A stretch of 64,000 nucleotides of DNA from Desulfurococcaceae archaeon (GCA_038888155.1 JAWAJB010000001.1:224001-288000), one strand, 5' to 3'. Counted from the first letter of the stretch, positions 29,518 to 40,932 are shown. A program made the numbers and translations. Notes: generated by a model not told the origin, from the letters alone.

Positions 29518-31509
29518 ATGATTGAAATAGCAGGGGTTTTATCCGTGCCTGCGGAAGTTTTTCACAAACTCACAGGGTTAGATGAAACGCTGAAGCTAAT
29601 TGTAGAGAAAGTTCGGCCCGCTCCAAAGGGAGTAGAGGAAGTGAGTATAGAGGACGCTCTACTGAGAGTGCTTGCATCTAACATATACGCTCCAATGGAT
29701 TACCCTCCATTCGATAGATCAGAAGTAGACGGCTACGCAGTTAAAAGCCCGAGCACAGCGTATGCAACAGAGCTGAGCCCCGTTGCTTTGCCTTTAGCGG
29801 GCTCGCTGAAAGCAGGGGATCCAGGCACAGGCTACAGGTGTGTTGACAGCGCTGTTCAGGTGTCAACTGGAGCTGTTGTGCCGCTAGACTGCGACGCAGT
29901 AATTATGGATGAACACACGGAGAGAGCCGGCAATTACGTGAAGGTGTACCGCTCAGTAGCTCCGGGCGAAAATATCTCAACAGCTGGCAGCGACATATCG
30001 GCGGGAGACTTCTTGCTCCCCGAGGGGCTGGTGCTTAGGCACCGCCACATTGCGCTACTTGCTGGGCTTGGTGTCTTGAGAGTGCCTGTCTACATTAAGC
30101 CTAAGATTGCTGTGTACTCAACTGGAGCTGAGCTAGCTGCTCCTGGGAGCCCTCTAAGTCAGGGCAAGGTTTACGATGTTAATGGATATCTGATATCCTC
30201 TTTTCTAAGGGAGCTCGGCGCAGATGCTTCATTTAAAGGAGTGTTGCCGGATGACTACAGGCTAGTCAGGGAAGCTATTGAGAGAGATCTCAGCACTTAC
30301 GATGCTATCTTCACCAGTGGGGGAACTAGTGCAGGCGAGAGCGATGTAGTTTACCGCGTGTTTGGGGACTTAGGCGAAATCGTTGTCCACGGGTTAAAGT
30401 CCAAGCCCGGCAAGCCTACAGTTGTAGCCTCTAGTGGGGGGAAAATCCTATTTGGGTTGCCCGGCTTTCCGCTGTCGTGCTACATGATATTAGTTCGCGT
30501 AGTAGAGCCCCTTATAGCTATGTTAACTGGCGCTAAGTTCACGGAGGAAACGCTCAACGTGAGGCTCCCAATTAAGTTGAGAAAGGACGTCGGCAAAACT
30601 TGGCTTGTCCCCTCTATAGTAGTGGAGTCAGAGAGAGGCTACGTAGCGTACCCCGTATCTCTGAGTAGCGGCAGTATATACTCTATTACCTACAGCGACG
30701 GCTTCGTTGAGCTAGGTGAGGACGTTGAAGTGCTTAATCCTGATTCCGCGGTTCCCCTCCGCTTATTTGTGTGGAGAGGGGGATTGCATAAACTAGTGAT
30801 TATCGGGAGCAATGACCCCCTGCTGGAGTTTACGCTAGTTAAGACGGGCTTAATCTACGTGAGCAAGGTCCTGAACACGGGGAGCGTAGGGGGGTGGATT
30901 GCTGTTTCAAGGGGGGAGGCAGATATTGCACCTACGCACCTGCTAGACCCAGAGTCAGGCAAATACAACACTCCGTTCTTAGATAAGTACGGCTTGAGCG
31001 AGAGGGCAGTCCTGATAAGGGGGTATGATAGGCTAATAGGTTTTGTTACTGCAAAGGGCAACCCCAAGAGAATTGGCGGATTTGACGACTTTTTCAGGGA
31101 GGATATAAAGGTAGTCAACAGGCCTAGGGGGGCTGGGATAAGGGCGCTCATTGACAGCAATTTGAAGAAAATAGCAGCTGAAAGGGGGATTAAGTGGAGC
31201 GATGTCCCTAGTTTGATAAGGGGATACACGTACGAAGTGAAGACGCATACAGCTGTAGCTCTAGCTGTTAAGCAGGGCAGGGCAGATGTAGGCGTAGCAG
31301 TAGGGTACGTAGCGGAGATCTACGGCCTAGATTTCACGCCCATTGGATGGGAAGAGTACGACCTGTTGGTGCTGAGGAACAGGGTCGATAAACCTGGAGT
31401 AGCTAAGCTCTTAGATGCTCTGAAAAGCGGCGAGTTCATCGAAAAGGAGTTCAGGTTCAAGAAGTACTACAGGTTTCCGAGCAATACGGGCTACCCAAGA
31501 GGTCAATAG
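29518..31509 (+). CDS. moeA: Molybdopterin molybdenum/tungsten transferase MoeA fused to PBP domain
   Basis: PPFDRS.VDGYAV, SGGTSAG, KPGKP, GLPGFP; C-terminal PBP domain. Confidence 0.92.
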   Translation: MIEIAGVLSVPAEVFHKLTGLDETLKLIVEKVRPAPKGVEEVSIEDALLRVLASNIYAPMDYPPFDRSEVDGYAVKSPSTAYATELSPVALPLAGSLKAGDPGTGYRCVDSAVQVSTGAVVPLDCDAVIMDEHTERAGNYVKVYRSVAPGENISTAGSDISAGDFLLPEGLVLRHRHIALLAGLGVLRVPVYIKPKIAVYSTGAELAAPGSPLSQGKVYDVNGYLISSFLRELGADASFKGVLPDDYRLVREAIERDLSTYDAIFTSGGTSAGESDVVYRVFGDLGEIVVHGLKSKPGKPTVVASSGGKILFGLPGFPLSCYMILVRVVEPLIAMLTGAKFTEETLNVRLPIKLRKDVGKTWLVPSIVVESERGYVAYPVSLSSGSIYSITYSDGFVELGEDVEVLNPDSAVPLRLFVWRGGLHKLVIIGSNDPLLEFTLVKTGLIYVSKVLNTGSVGGWIAVSRGEADIAPTHLLDPESGKYNTPFLDKYGLSERAVLIRGYDRLIGFVTAKGNPKRIGGFDDFFREDIKVVNRPRGAGIRALIDSNLKKIAAERGIKWSDVPSLIRGYTYEVKTHTAVALAVKQGRADVGVAVGYVAEIYGLDFTPIGWEEYDLLVLRNRVDKPGVAKLLDALKSGEFIEKEFRFKKYYRFPSNTGYPRGQ

Positions 31510-31558
31510 CTCTTGCGTGCCTCGGTTTTAAACTGTATTAAATTGTATTGTAAACTAG

Positions 31559-32386
31559 GTGTTCAGCGTGTCTAAGCTGACTGTAGGATTAGTTCAAGCG
31601 TCTTTTACAGCGTCTCCATCTGAGAACTCCGAGAAAGCGTACTCAGTTATCAAGAGGAACTACAGGGAAGCAGACATAATAGTGTTGCCCGAGTACAGCA
31701 TGTCAAACCCATTTATACTGAAAGAGCCAGCGAGAGTCTACGAGATATCTGAGTTCTTAGCTAATAGCAGGTACTTGGCATTTTTCGCGAAACTAGCAGA
31801 CAACTTAGGCACTAATATTGTTGTGCACTTAATTGAGAGGACTGAGAGACCCCCGCTGGCGAAGAACACTACTGTGCTAGTTACAGGCCGCGGGGAGGTA
31901 CTGCCTTTGTACAGCAAGCTGCACCTAGTTGAGTCAGCGAACTACAGAGAAGTCGATTTCTTTGAGCCAGGCAAAAGCATAAGCAAAATTATATCCCTAA
32001 ACAACTTTGAAATAGGTTTTGCTATATGCCACGACTTGAGGTTCCCAGAGCTCTTTAGAGTTTACGCCAACTTAGGGGTAAAGCTGGTAATTGTGCAGGC
32101 TGCTTGGATAAAGGGGCCGCTAAAGGAGGAGATCCTAGATAAACTGGCTTCGTCTAGGTCGCACGAAAACGCGCTCTACCTCATAGTGGCAAACCAAGTC
32201 GGTGAAATGTTCACTGGGAGAAGCGGAGTATTTAACCCGCTAGGATACCGCGAGCTAGATATGGGGAATGGGGAGAAGTACTCCGAGCACACTCTGTTTC
32301 TCGAGGAAGTTGAGAGGGCGAGGTCAACTATGCCTATACTGAGACAGGCATTTGAGAAGTGGGAGGTAAAGATAAAGCAAGCATAG
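31559..32386 (+). CDS. Carbon-nitrogen hydrolase (nitrilase family)
   Basis: LPE, YSKLHL, ICHDLRFPE catalytic triad. Confidence 0.9.
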   Translation: MFSVSKLTVGLVQASFTASPSENSEKAYSVIKRNYREADIIVLPEYSMSNPFILKEPARVYEISEFLANSRYLAFFAKLADNLGTNIVVHLIERTERPPLAKNTTVLVTGRGEVLPLYSKLHLVESANYREVDFFEPGKSISKIISLNNFEIGFAICHDLRFPELFRVYANLGVKLVIVQAAWIKGPLKEEILDKLASSRSHENALYLIVANQVGEMFTGRSGVFNPLGYRELDMGNGEKYSEHTLFLEEVERARSTMPILRQAFEKWEVKIKQA

Positions 32387-32424
32387 GTCGTTAAGTTAAA
32401 AACTGCTAGGGTTGGGCTAGGTTC

Positions 32425-33108
32425 TCAGGCGCACGATTTAATCTTTGGTAGCAACTGCGCTAGCTCAGTAAGGTCCTTTACTGTTGTAGGCCAGGTGTAG
32501 CCTAGGCCCCGGTCAACTAGAACAGTTGTAGCCCCTAGCTCGCTTGCTGGCTTTAAGTCATATTGAGGATAAGCGGAGACGTGTATAGCTTGGCTGGGAG
32601 CTATAGAGAGCAGATCGTAGGCCTTTAAGAATGCATCCTTGAGGGGCTTGTACGACTTTACGTCTTCAGCTGTTATAACGTAGTCGAAGAGGGGCTTGAG
32701 GCCGCTCAAGGTGATATCTATTAATTCTCTGTCTGTGTTTGAGAGTACGCATGTCTTTAGCCCCTGCTCCCTAAGCTTTTTAATGCCGTAAACCGTGTCT
32801 GGGTACGGCGGGGACTTCGCGAACGTTAATATAAATGAATCCACTACATTCCTATCCGCTCTTACGCCGTAATCTGCAGCTAGTTCTAACAAGCACTTCT
32901 CGAGTACCTGCCTGTAGGGCCTGTAAATTGAGATTTCCCTAATATCGCACTCAAAGTACTTGCTTAGCGCTCCAGGGGAAACGAAGAACTCAACAAAGGA
33001 CCCTATTGCGTAATTCCAGTTCACGAGAGTCCCGTAGAGGTCAAATATAACGAGGCTGCCTCTAGTCGCTTTGTTGAGAGGGGAGTTGCGCGGACTAGAC
33101 ATGAGCAC
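32425..33108 (-). CDS. HAD hydrolase (2-haloacid dehalogenase-like)
   Basis: FDLYGTL, LSN, YKP, HVSA...D. Confidence 0.88.
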   Translation of the reverse strand: MLMSSPRNSPLNKATRGSLVIFDLYGTLVNWNYAIGSFVEFFVSPGALSKYFECDIREISIYRPYRQVLEKCLLELAADYGVRADRNVVDSFILTFAKSPPYPDTVYGIKKLREQGLKTCVLSNTDRELIDITLSGLKPLFDYVITAEDVKSYKPLKDAFLKAYDLLSIAPSQAIHVSAYPQYDLKPASELGATTVLVDRGLGYTWPTTVKDLTELAQLLPKIKSCA

Positions 33109-33124
33109 ACCACGCCACTATATC

Positions 33125-34300
33125 TCAGTATTCCTGCTTAGCTCTAATTAACTTTACACACATTAAGTAGAGAGACTTCAGGGCTTCACTTAATAGGCAG
33201 ATGCCTTCTTCTCTAGGCCGATCTACTTCAAGGAAAATAGTTCCCTGCCCAAACCAAGCCCTCCTGCAAGCTGTGCCCAAGGATTTAGCTAGAGCGCGCA
33301 CTTCAGCTTGATCTGGGCCTTTAATCCCCTCTACCTCTCCTCTGGAAGCTACTTTCATTTTTACACAGGTCAGTCCGTGCGCGTGCAAATTAGCCATACA
33401 AGCGTATGGGTAAAACACCAGCCCCCGCTTGCGGGCATATCGAGCGATTTTCACCTTAATATCGCCTGTGTATACACTGTACTGCGCGCGAGGCCTCATT
33501 TTATCTAGTCTAATTGGGAGCCTTTTGCTGACCTCCCCTAATTCTAGGCCTATCTCCTTTAGGTTGTTGAATACATCCCTTGTAATCCTCAAGGAGCCTG
33601 CAACGACGCCTACAGCTCCGTGCTCTACTGCGAGATCAATTATTTCCTCGTATTCTCTCTCAGTAATTCCAGGGATTATAGGCCTTAGGAATAGGAAAGG
33701 CTGTAGGCCAGCCCCTCTGAGGTTTCTCAAGGTCTCGAGTCTCCTCTCTGGTGGGGGCGCATAGGGCTCAAGCTCCCTGTGCGCCTTAAGTGTAACAACC
33801 GTAACTAGCGGAGAGATTTTTCCCCCGCTCAACTCTGCTAGCTTCTCGGCCTCGCTACTGCTCAAGCTCGACTTCGTGGAGAACTGGACTGGGTTACCTA
33901 GGTACTTGTACAGCGCCTCGATGTACTCGAAAGACTTGCCCTTTGTAATTGGGTGAAAGGGCTCAGTTACGCTACCTATAGCGAGGTAAGTGCCGCGTTT
34001 ACCAGGAACAAAGCACCTATTTGAGAGCAGAGCGTAGACTAGCTGTAGGCCCGTTAGCAGGTAGGGCTTTAGAGCTGCACTAAAGCCCATGGTATATATA
34101 TAGCAGTACCTACACTGGTATGGACACCCAGTGCCCGAGTGCACTGTTATGCCGCATAGCCTGGGGTACCTCGTCGCGTGCGGGTCTCTTATAGCGTATT
34201 TGCTCTCCTGGTCGCTCAATAGGGCCTTAACTTTCTCCCTAAGCTCCTCTTTTTCCTTGAGCAGCCTGGCGACGTAATTAACTGGTCCCACTTCATTCAC
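33125..34300 (-). CDS. Radical SAM protein (SPL-like)
   Basis: GCPYQCRYCY, TEPF, FSTK, EP.AP.PE.R, RPIIPG. Confidence 0.8.
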   Translation of the reverse strand: MNEVGPVNYVARLLKEKEELREKVKALLSDQESKYAIRDPHATRYPRLCGITVHSGTGCPYQCRYCYIYTMGFSAALKPYLLTGLQLVYALLSNRCFVPGKRGTYLAIGSVTEPFHPITKGKSFEYIEALYKYLGNPVQFSTKSSLSSSEAEKLAELSGGKISPLVTVVTLKAHRELEPYAPPPERRLETLRNLRGAGLQPFLFLRPIIPGITEREYEEIIDLAVEHGAVGVVAGSLRITRDVFNNLKEIGLELGEVSKRLPIRLDKMRPRAQYSVYTGDIKVKIARYARKRGLVFYPYACMANLHAHGLTCVKMKVASRGEVEGIKGPDQAEVRALAKSLGTACRRAWFGQGTIFLEVDRPREEGICLLSEALKSLYLMCVKLIRAKQEY

Positions 34301-34437
34301 GCTCTCGAGAGTAGGCTAAGAATGTTCTTTTTCCCCTTTACTCTCAGTGAAGGCATACTGCATAGAATCTATTAAGCTATTTACCCTGCTCATTTAAGGT
34401 TAAAAAACCGCATACACACTATTCTTAACCTGGACTT

Positions 34438-34522
34438 GCGGGGGTGCCCGAGCTTGGTCAAAGGGGTCGGGTTGAGGACCCGGTGGCGTAGGCCTGCGTG
34501 GGTTCGAATCCCACCCCCCGCA
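34438..34522 (+). tRNA. tRNA-Leu(GAG)
   Basis: Cloverleaf with long variable arm, anticodon GAG. Confidence 0.96.
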
Positions 34523-35204
34523 CTAGGTAAACTCTAGAGTTCCTATGGCTTATTGCCTGCAGAGAGTAGAGGGCGCGGAGAGCTCTGCTTCACAGATTAA
34601 GGAATACTAGGCTTTTGCCTAGATTTCAGCACATTGTTTAGCGGAAATTACATATGGTATAAATGCGAGTACCTGACGAATTGGTGGATCTAAGGGCGAA
34701 GTGCGGGGCGCCTTTAAAAATTTTTGGGCGAAAAGTACGGGAAATCGTGGGGCATAGGGAGGCGATATCTAGAGGAACTTTATGCCCTTTGCCAATTGCC
34801 GCCGTGGAATACCCTTTTTACTGGGGCATTTATTGCACCGAAGACTTAATTTGCCAGCCCTTATCTCGTCAAGCGCAGTTACAGATTTAGAGCCCTTAAT
34901 ACTAATGGTTGTGGGCCAAATTATCCTTTGCACGGCATAATCTAAAAATTTCTGCATCGATTGTTGAAGTCTCTCCCTATTTTACTTCTACTATAAGGCT
35001 GGCGAGAGCCTCGCTAGGCCAGCGAGCTAACATTTCAGCCAAGTGTTCTCCAACTTACCATAAACATGTATGGAGCTAGCGTGAATATCCTTTAAGTGCT
35101 ATTCAAAATATAGTTGAAAGATTTTTGAGAATTTTTATTGGGTTTCTGCACTACAAGAGTAAGTTGGATTACTTGGGTATAGGGTACTGTGTGGGGTAGT
35201 CCTC

Positions 35205-36011
35205 ATGAGTAGATTGTATGCAGTTCTGCTTGAGGTTTGCCTAGTGGCTCTCTCCACACTCCTTGTCTGGTGGCTCTTAGAGGTCTATTTAGGGTGGCTT
35301 AAATTCTGGGGGCACCTCTTTAAGGCCCTTTGGGTGCCCTTAATTCTTTGCGCTATCATACTGTCCAGAAGAAGTTTTAGGGACTACGGCTTTCTGCCTA
35401 GAAGCCTGCGCCTCGCTCTGAAGTGGAGTTTAATATTTATAGCAACTTTTACCCTGCCGGCAATAGTTTTGATCTCAGCGTCCGTGGCTTTAGGCGCGGC
35501 TAAGCCCGTAGGGCTGTCGCCGCTGGAGATAGCCTTGAATATAATCTGGTATATGGTCTTCGTTGGATTGGTCGAGGAGGCTTATTTTAGGGGCTACGTG
35601 CAGTCTAGGCTCAACGAGATCTTTGAGAGGCGCTGGCATGAGTTCATCTTTAAGGCTTGGAAAGTTGACTGGGGAGTGAGTTTACTTTTAACTTCTATGA
35701 TCTTCGCCCTAATGCATATAGCTAACTACTGGAACCCGCTTGCGTCTAGGTGGGAGCCGGCTTGGTATATGCCCATACACATCCTTGGAGGCTTCGCCTT
35801 TGGATGTCTAGCCGGGGCCTTGAGAGAAGCTTCGGGCGATGTTTACGTCCCATCCTCTCTGCACGGGGGGTTAATGACCGCCTACACATTTTTATCAATT
35901 TATACAAATGAATTGGCCCTGAATATCAGCCTCTTCATCAGCTGGTTCATTTTCTTCTACATGTTAGCTATTTTCTTTCACGAATTTGAGAGCTTAAAGT
36001 TCGTAGCTTGA
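35205..36011 (+). CDS. CPBP/Abi (CAAX-type) intramembrane metalloprotease
   Basis: EEAYFRG, FALMH, SLH motifs; multiple TM segments. Confidence 0.88.
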   Translation: MSRLYAVLLEVCLVALSTLLVWWLLEVYLGWLKFWGHLFKALWVPLILCAIILSRRSFRDYGFLPRSLRLALKWSLIFIATFTLPAIVLISASVALGAAKPVGLSPLEIALNIIWYMVFVGLVEEAYFRGYVQSRLNEIFERRWHEFIFKAWKVDWGVSLLLTSMIFALMHIANYWNPLASRWEPAWYMPIHILGGFAFGCLAGALREASGDVYVPSSLHGGLMTAYTFLSIYTNELALNISLFISWFIFFYMLAIFFHEFESLKFVA

Positions 36012-36142
36012 GGCAAGGTGGACTAAATAGATCTATGTGTCGCGCAATCTTAAATAGCAGTCCAATAAGCAGGAGGGTAGCGCGCATCATTAACTACGCT
36101 TTTTTCTCTGAACTTGTTTAAAATATAAATCGTGGTGAGATT

Positions 36143-37276
36143 TTGAAGCTATACGAGCATGAAGCTAAGGAGATAGCCTCAAAGTACGGCATTCCGGTAC
36201 CCAGAGGCAGATTAGCTTGTACTCCAGAAGAGGCATATAGAGCTGCGAGCGAGATAGGCCCGGTAGTTGTTAAGGCTCAAGTCCTCGTTGGCGGCAGGGG
36301 CCTAGCTGGGGGCATTAAGAAAGGATCTACACCTGAGGAGGCCGCCGAAGCAGCTAGGATGCTTTTGGGCTCTCATATACGAGGGGAAAAAGTGAGTAGC
36401 CTACTAGTTGAAGAAATCGTGTGCACCCAAAAGGAGCTGTACTTATCGCTAACAGTGGACCGAGCAACGAGAAAACTGGTTTACATAGTCTCAGAGATGG
36501 GGGGCGTTGAAGTAGAGGAAATTGCTAAGAAGCACCCAGACAGAGTTTACATGATACACGTTGACCCCGAAGTTGGGTACACAGAGTACATGAGCCGCGT
36601 TGCTTTAACTGCGCTGAGGCAAAGCTGGGGAATGCTGCAGGACTTAGCTACAATAATGAGATCAATGTACAGAATTATGCTTGACTACGATGCTGAGCTA
36701 GTAGAGTTTAACCCGCTAGCAGTTACCTGCAACAGCAAATTAATGCCGCTGGACGCAAAGATAGTCATTGACGACAACAGCCTGCACAGGCACCCAGAAA
36801 TTCAGAGAAATTACGGGAGGGAGCTCAAGGAGTACGAAAGAAAAGCAAAGGAGCTCGGCTTTAGCTACGTTGAGCTCGATGGTGATATAGGCATTATTAG
36901 CAATGGGGCTGGGTTAACTATGGCTACTATGGACTTAATACTGCATTACGGCGCTCTACCCGCGAACTTCCTTGACATTGGTGGTGGAGGCTCCAAGGAA
37001 AGAGTAAAGGAGGCAATTAAGCTCATGCTTGCGCACCCCAGGCCTAAGGTATTGCTGGTGAACATATTCGGTGGAATAACGAGGTGCGACGAAGTAGCTT
37101 TAGGCGTTGTCGAGGCCCTAAGGGAAACTGGGACAACAAAGCCCGTAGTTGTGAGGATGCTCGGAACAAATGAAGAGGAGGGGAGAAGAATACTCCTCGA
37201 GAACAATGTGCCGGTGCACGTTGAAATGGAGGACGCCGTTAAGGCGGCAGTTGAGCTGTCTAGGGGGCGGTTGTGA
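36143..37276 (+). CDS. sucC: Succinate-CoA ligase beta subunit
   Basis: MKLYEHEAK, KAQVLVGGRG, NGAGLTMATMD, PANFLDIGGG, NIFGGITRCD. Confidence 0.93.
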   Translation: MKLYEHEAKEIASKYGIPVPRGRLACTPEEAYRAASEIGPVVVKAQVLVGGRGLAGGIKKGSTPEEAAEAARMLLGSHIRGEKVSSLLVEEIVCTQKELYLSLTVDRATRKLVYIVSEMGGVEVEEIAKKHPDRVYMIHVDPEVGYTEYMSRVALTALRQSWGMLQDLATIMRSMYRIMLDYDAELVEFNPLAVTCNSKLMPLDAKIVIDDNSLHRHPEIQRNYGRELKEYERKAKELGFSYVELDGDIGIISNGAGLTMATMDLILHYGALPANFLDIGGGGSKERVKEAIKLMLAHPRPKVLLVNIFGGITRCDEVALGVVEALRETGTTKPVVVRMLGTNEEEGRRILLENNVPVHVEMEDAVKAAVELSRGRL

Positions 37277-38154
37277 TGGGCATTCTAGTCAACTCAAAGA
37301 CCGCTGTAGTTGTACAGGGAGCCACTGGAAGGGAGGGCAGCTTTCACGCCAAGCTCATGCTAGAGTACGGGACAAGAGTTGTTGCAGGCACTTCGCCTGG
37401 TAAAGGAGGTACATATATTCACGGGATCCCTGTTTACAACACTGTATACGAGGCAAGCAGAGAGCAGGGGCCAATAGATGCATCAATTGTGTTTGTCCCA
37501 GCTAGGTTTGCCGCAGATGCAGTTTACGAGGCTGTAGACAGCGGAATTAGGGTCGTAGTCGTGATAACAGAGGGCATACCGCTACACGAAGAGATTAGAT
37601 TCGTAAACTACGCAAAGAAAAAGGGCGCTACCGTAGTTGGGCCTAATACTCCAGGCGTTATGACAGTGGGAGAGTGCAAGCTAGGCATAATGCCGTCTCG
37701 CGTATTCACTAGGGGGAGCGTTGGGCTAGTCTCTAGGAGCGGCACGCTCACTTATGAAATAGCTAGAGAGCTGGGCAAGGCAGGCTACGGCATATCAACA
37801 GTGCTCGGAATTGGAGGAGATCCCATTACAGGAGTGAACTTCACTGAGGCGTTTGAAATGTTCGCAAAAGACCCAGATACAGATGCTGTAGTAATTATAG
37901 GGGAAATAGGCGGAGATGCCGAGGAGAGGTTCGCTAGGTATTACGCAGGGTTAACGGCGAAGAAGCCGGCAGTAGCGTACATTGCAGGCCGTGCAGCTCC
38001 TCCAGGCAAGAGGATGGGGCACGCGGGCGCCATAATATCTATGGGCGTAGGGGACTACTACTCCAAGAAAGGGTCGCTAGAGGCTTCAGGTGTACCAGTA
38101 GCTACTACGCCTTCGCAAATTCCCTCAGCGCTTTCAGCGCTTCTAAAGAAGTAG
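37276..38154 (+). CDS. sucD: Succinate-CoA ligase alpha subunit
   Basis: [32 protein letters not shown]. Confidence 0.95.
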   Translation: MGILVNSKTAVVVQGATGREGSFHAKLMLEYGTRVVAGTSPGKGGTYIHGIPVYNTVYEASREQGPIDASIVFVPARFAADAVYEAVDSGIRVVVVITEGIPLHEEIRFVNYAKKKGATVVGPNTPGVMTVGECKLGIMPSRVFTRGSVGLVSRSGTLTYEIARELGKAGYGISTVLGIGGDPITGVNFTEAFEMFAKDPDTDAVVIIGEIGGDAEERFARYYAGLTAKKPAVAYIAGRAAPPGKRMGHAGAIISMGVGDYYSKKGSLEASGVPVATTPSQIPSALSALLKK

Positions 38155-38212
38155 AAAAATTTTTTACTCCGCGTTGCTTTCAACTATCCTAGTGCGCTTT
38201 AGGTGTGACTGC

Positions 38213-38749
38213 ATGAGGAACTTAGAGAAAGTTGGTCCGGGAGAGAAAGCACCGGAAGAAGTTAATGTACTGATAGAGATACCTATGGGGAGCGGAGTTA
38301 AGTACGAGCTAGATAAAGAGAGCGGCATCCTAGTTGTAGATAGGATTTTGTACACATCAATGGTCTACCCATTTAACTACGGCTTCATACCTGGGACGCT
38401 AGAGGAGGACGGAGACCCTGTTGATGTCTTAGTTGTTTCATATGATCCACTGATACCCGGCTCTGTTATAAGGGCTAAGCCCATAGGCACTTTGGATACA
38501 GAGGACGAGAAGGGCCTAGACACGAAAGTTGTCGCTGTGCCTTCAGAGAAGATCGACCCAAGGTTTCAAAATATAAAGGACGTAGGAGATCTGCCCGAAT
38601 CTATAAGGCGGAGAATAGAGCACTTTTTCGCCCACTACAAAGAGCTAGAGAAGGGTAAGTGGGTCAAGGTAATTGGCTGGAACAATAGAGCTGTTGCCCT
38701 CGAGAAGATAAAGAGGGCCATTAAAAGACAGGGGGAGATCAGCGGGTAA
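38213..38749 (+). CDS. ppa: Inorganic pyrophosphatase
   Basis: [31 protein letters not shown]. Confidence 0.96.
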   Translation: MRNLEKVGPGEKAPEEVNVLIEIPMGSGVKYELDKESGILVVDRILYTSMVYPFNYGFIPGTLEEDGDPVDVLVVSYDPLIPGSVIRAKPIGTLDTEDEKGLDTKVVAVPSEKIDPRFQNIKDVGDLPESIRRRIEHFFAHYKELEKGKWVKVIGWNNRAVALEKIKRAIKRQGEISG

Positions 38750-38941
38750 GGCCCGCTAGCTAGCGAATCGGCCTAAACTGCAGGAGGACGGCTACAGCCC
38801 CTAAACAAGGGGACTGCAACCATTGAGGGGGGTATGGGAATTTTAGGAGTGACTAGCCCGCTTTATTAAACCCTGTTACCCAGAGGTATGAGCGTAGATA
38901 TGAAGGGCTCTACCTGCAGTGTTCAGCGCTGGGGACCGTTG

Positions 38942-39256
38942 CTATTTTCCGAACACCTTCTTTTTAAATTCTGCTGGTTGATGAATAAAGAGCTCTACTA
39001 GAGAATATATGTCTTCATCTATGCCTAAGGCCTGCGCTACTGGCTTAACGAAGATCTCCCTTGCAATAAAAGCAACAGTCTCTTTGTTTTGGTAAATCTC
39101 GCTGAGCGCCTGGACTATTAGCTCGGGATTAGAGAGCAGCGCGTCGAACACGCTTACGCCTCCCCTTAACATGCAGTGCAGGTTGAGCATCGCTAGTAGG
39201 CCTGGAGCTATTGACGAAGCTTTCGCTTTTATAGAGCTAATAATATTGCTCTCCAT
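38942..39256 (-). CDS. Small helical hypothetical protein, last gene of the RiPP/ABC operon
   Basis: ATG 20 nt after the permease stop; resembles the 55071..55283 protein. Confidence 0.6.
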   Translation of the reverse strand: MESNIISSIKAKASSIAPGLLAMLNLHCMLRGGVSVFDALLSNPELIVQALSEIYQNKETVAFIAREIFVKPVAQALGIDEDIYSLVELFIHQPAEFKKKVFGK

Positions 39257-39276
39257 GTCTTGCCACACAGCGCTTG

Positions 39277-40023
39277 CTACCTCTTCTCGAGAACCATAAG
39301 GGCACCCTGGCGGGTCTTGTAAAGGGTAACGGCAGTAAGCAGTAGGGTCAGGGAGATGAGGTATGCAAGGGAGTAGCTGACGGGAACGCCCTCCTGAAAG
39401 CCAACACTCAACCTCAACAAACAAACAATGTGCGTAAATGGGTTAAAGAGCATGACAGTTCTCCAGGGCTGGTAAATGCCCTTTAACGTGTAGTAGAGCG
39501 GGGTTGCAATAGCCAACAAGATTATTAAAAGGGTGAGGAGGGGCTCTAACCTGTACCTGTTCCTAACAGTTAAGCCTAGGAGCACAGCGATGTTCGGGAA
39601 CAACAAGGCCGAAATGAGCAAGCTGAGGAAGACGTAGATCCAGTTCAGCCCTCCAGCTGCAACTAAGAGTAGCGCTACTCCTAGAGCGACTGGCGGTATG
39701 CTAAAGAGGAGCTGAGATACAATGTAGGATGCAAACAGCTCCCTCAAAGAGATAGGCAGAGATGCGTGTAGCTCTAGTACTTGCTCTTCAAACGTATTAG
39801 CAACAGTTACGGCAACGGGGTAAACTAGCGTCGAGAAGCACGCCATTACTACATAGCCCGTTAAGCCCACTAGGAAAGATTCAGCGCTGCCTCCAGAGGA
39901 GAGAACCACCACTGCCATATACGTAAGCGGCAACAGCACTGTTACTGTCACTAAGCTCGTCCAGTAAAGCCTGTACATCTTGAGATTGAACAAAATTGAC
40001 TTAATTAAGGTCCTAGGAGCCAT
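39277..40023 (-). CDS. ABC-2 type exporter permease
   Basis: About six TM helices; LPIS and NPFTH motifs. Confidence 0.85.
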   Translation of the reverse strand: MAPRTLIKSILFNLKMYRLYWTSLVTVTVLLPLTYMAVVVLSSGGSAESFLVGLTGYVVMACFSTLVYPVAVTVANTFEEQVLELHASLPISLRELFASYIVSQLLFSIPPVALGVALLLVAAGGLNWIYVFLSLLISALLFPNIAVLLGLTVRNRYRLEPLLTLLIILLAIATPLYYTLKGIYQPWRTVMLFNPFTHIVCLLRLSVGFQEGVPVSYSLAYLISLTLLLTAVTLYKTRQGALMVLEKR

Positions 40024-40026
40024 GTA

Positions 40027-40932
40027 TTACCCCCTGCTAGTTACCGCCTTGGTGAGGATTGTTTCAACAGATGGGTACTCTAAGTAAACCCTAATGTCAT
40101 CTCTGTACTCCCCATTAATTACTAATTGCTCTAGCTCCTGTAGCGCATCGACGAGCTTTTGATACTTTACAACTACGATGTTCTCGCCTACGTTCACATC
40201 CCCCCTTGTGAAGAGCTGCGCAAGTTTGCCGGCAAACCTACTGATGATCTTTACTTCTGCCCAAGTGTGCAAGCTATCAAGCGATGAAAGCACGTCAACC
40301 ACTCTACCGTACAGCATTAAGTACACTCTATCGCACAGCCTCCTCACTTCCTCTAGATCGTGGCTAACTAGCAGGAGCGTCTTTCCCTTACTCTTCTCAT
40401 ACGCGAGCACGTCCCATACTGCTCTTTTCTTTAACACGTCAATGTAGCTTGTCGGCTCGTCTAGTATCATTAGCTCGCTGTCCTTAACTAAGGCTTGGGC
40501 TAGCAGCAATAGCTTCCTCTGGCCCACTGAGAGCTGGTAGCCCAACCTGTCTCGGAAATCCCATAGCCCCAGCAGCTCGAGAACTTCCTGCACCCTTGTG
40601 TGCGGCGTGCCCGCTAAATCCGCTACATACCTGACTACTTCTATAACTCTGTGGGCTGGGAACACTAGGGGCAGTTGAGGGACATACGCAACGCTTCGCC
40701 TAATCGCCTCTTGCCTCTCAACTGGATTGAACCCGAGGACTGTTATTCTTCCACTAGTTGGCTTCAACAACCCCATTATCTGCCTCACAAGGGTTGTTTT
40801 ACCAGCGCCGTTAGGTCCCATAATGCAAGCTGTTTCACCGCTACATACCTCTAGAGATACGTCTGCGTTGGCCTTTACGCCGTTGGGGTAGACTTTAGTG
40901 ATCTTTTCAGCGACTATAACCCTATTGTACAT
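40027..40932 (-). CDS. ABC exporter ATP-binding protein
   Basis: GPNGAGKTT, LSVGQ, ILDEP, SH. Confidence 0.92.
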   Translation of the reverse strand: MYNRVIVAEKITKVYPNGVKANADVSLEVCSGETACIMGPNGAGKTTLVRQIMGLLKPTSGRITVLGFNPVERQEAIRRSVAYVPQLPLVFPAHRVIEVVRYVADLAGTPHTRVQEVLELLGLWDFRDRLGYQLSVGQRKLLLLAQALVKDSELMILDEPTSYIDVLKKRAVWDVLAYEKSKGKTLLLVSHDLEEVRRLCDRVYLMLYGRVVDVLSSLDSLHTWAEVKIISRFAGKLAQLFTRGDVNVGENIVVVKYQKLVDALQELEQLVINGEYRDDIRVYLEYPSVETILTKAVTSRG

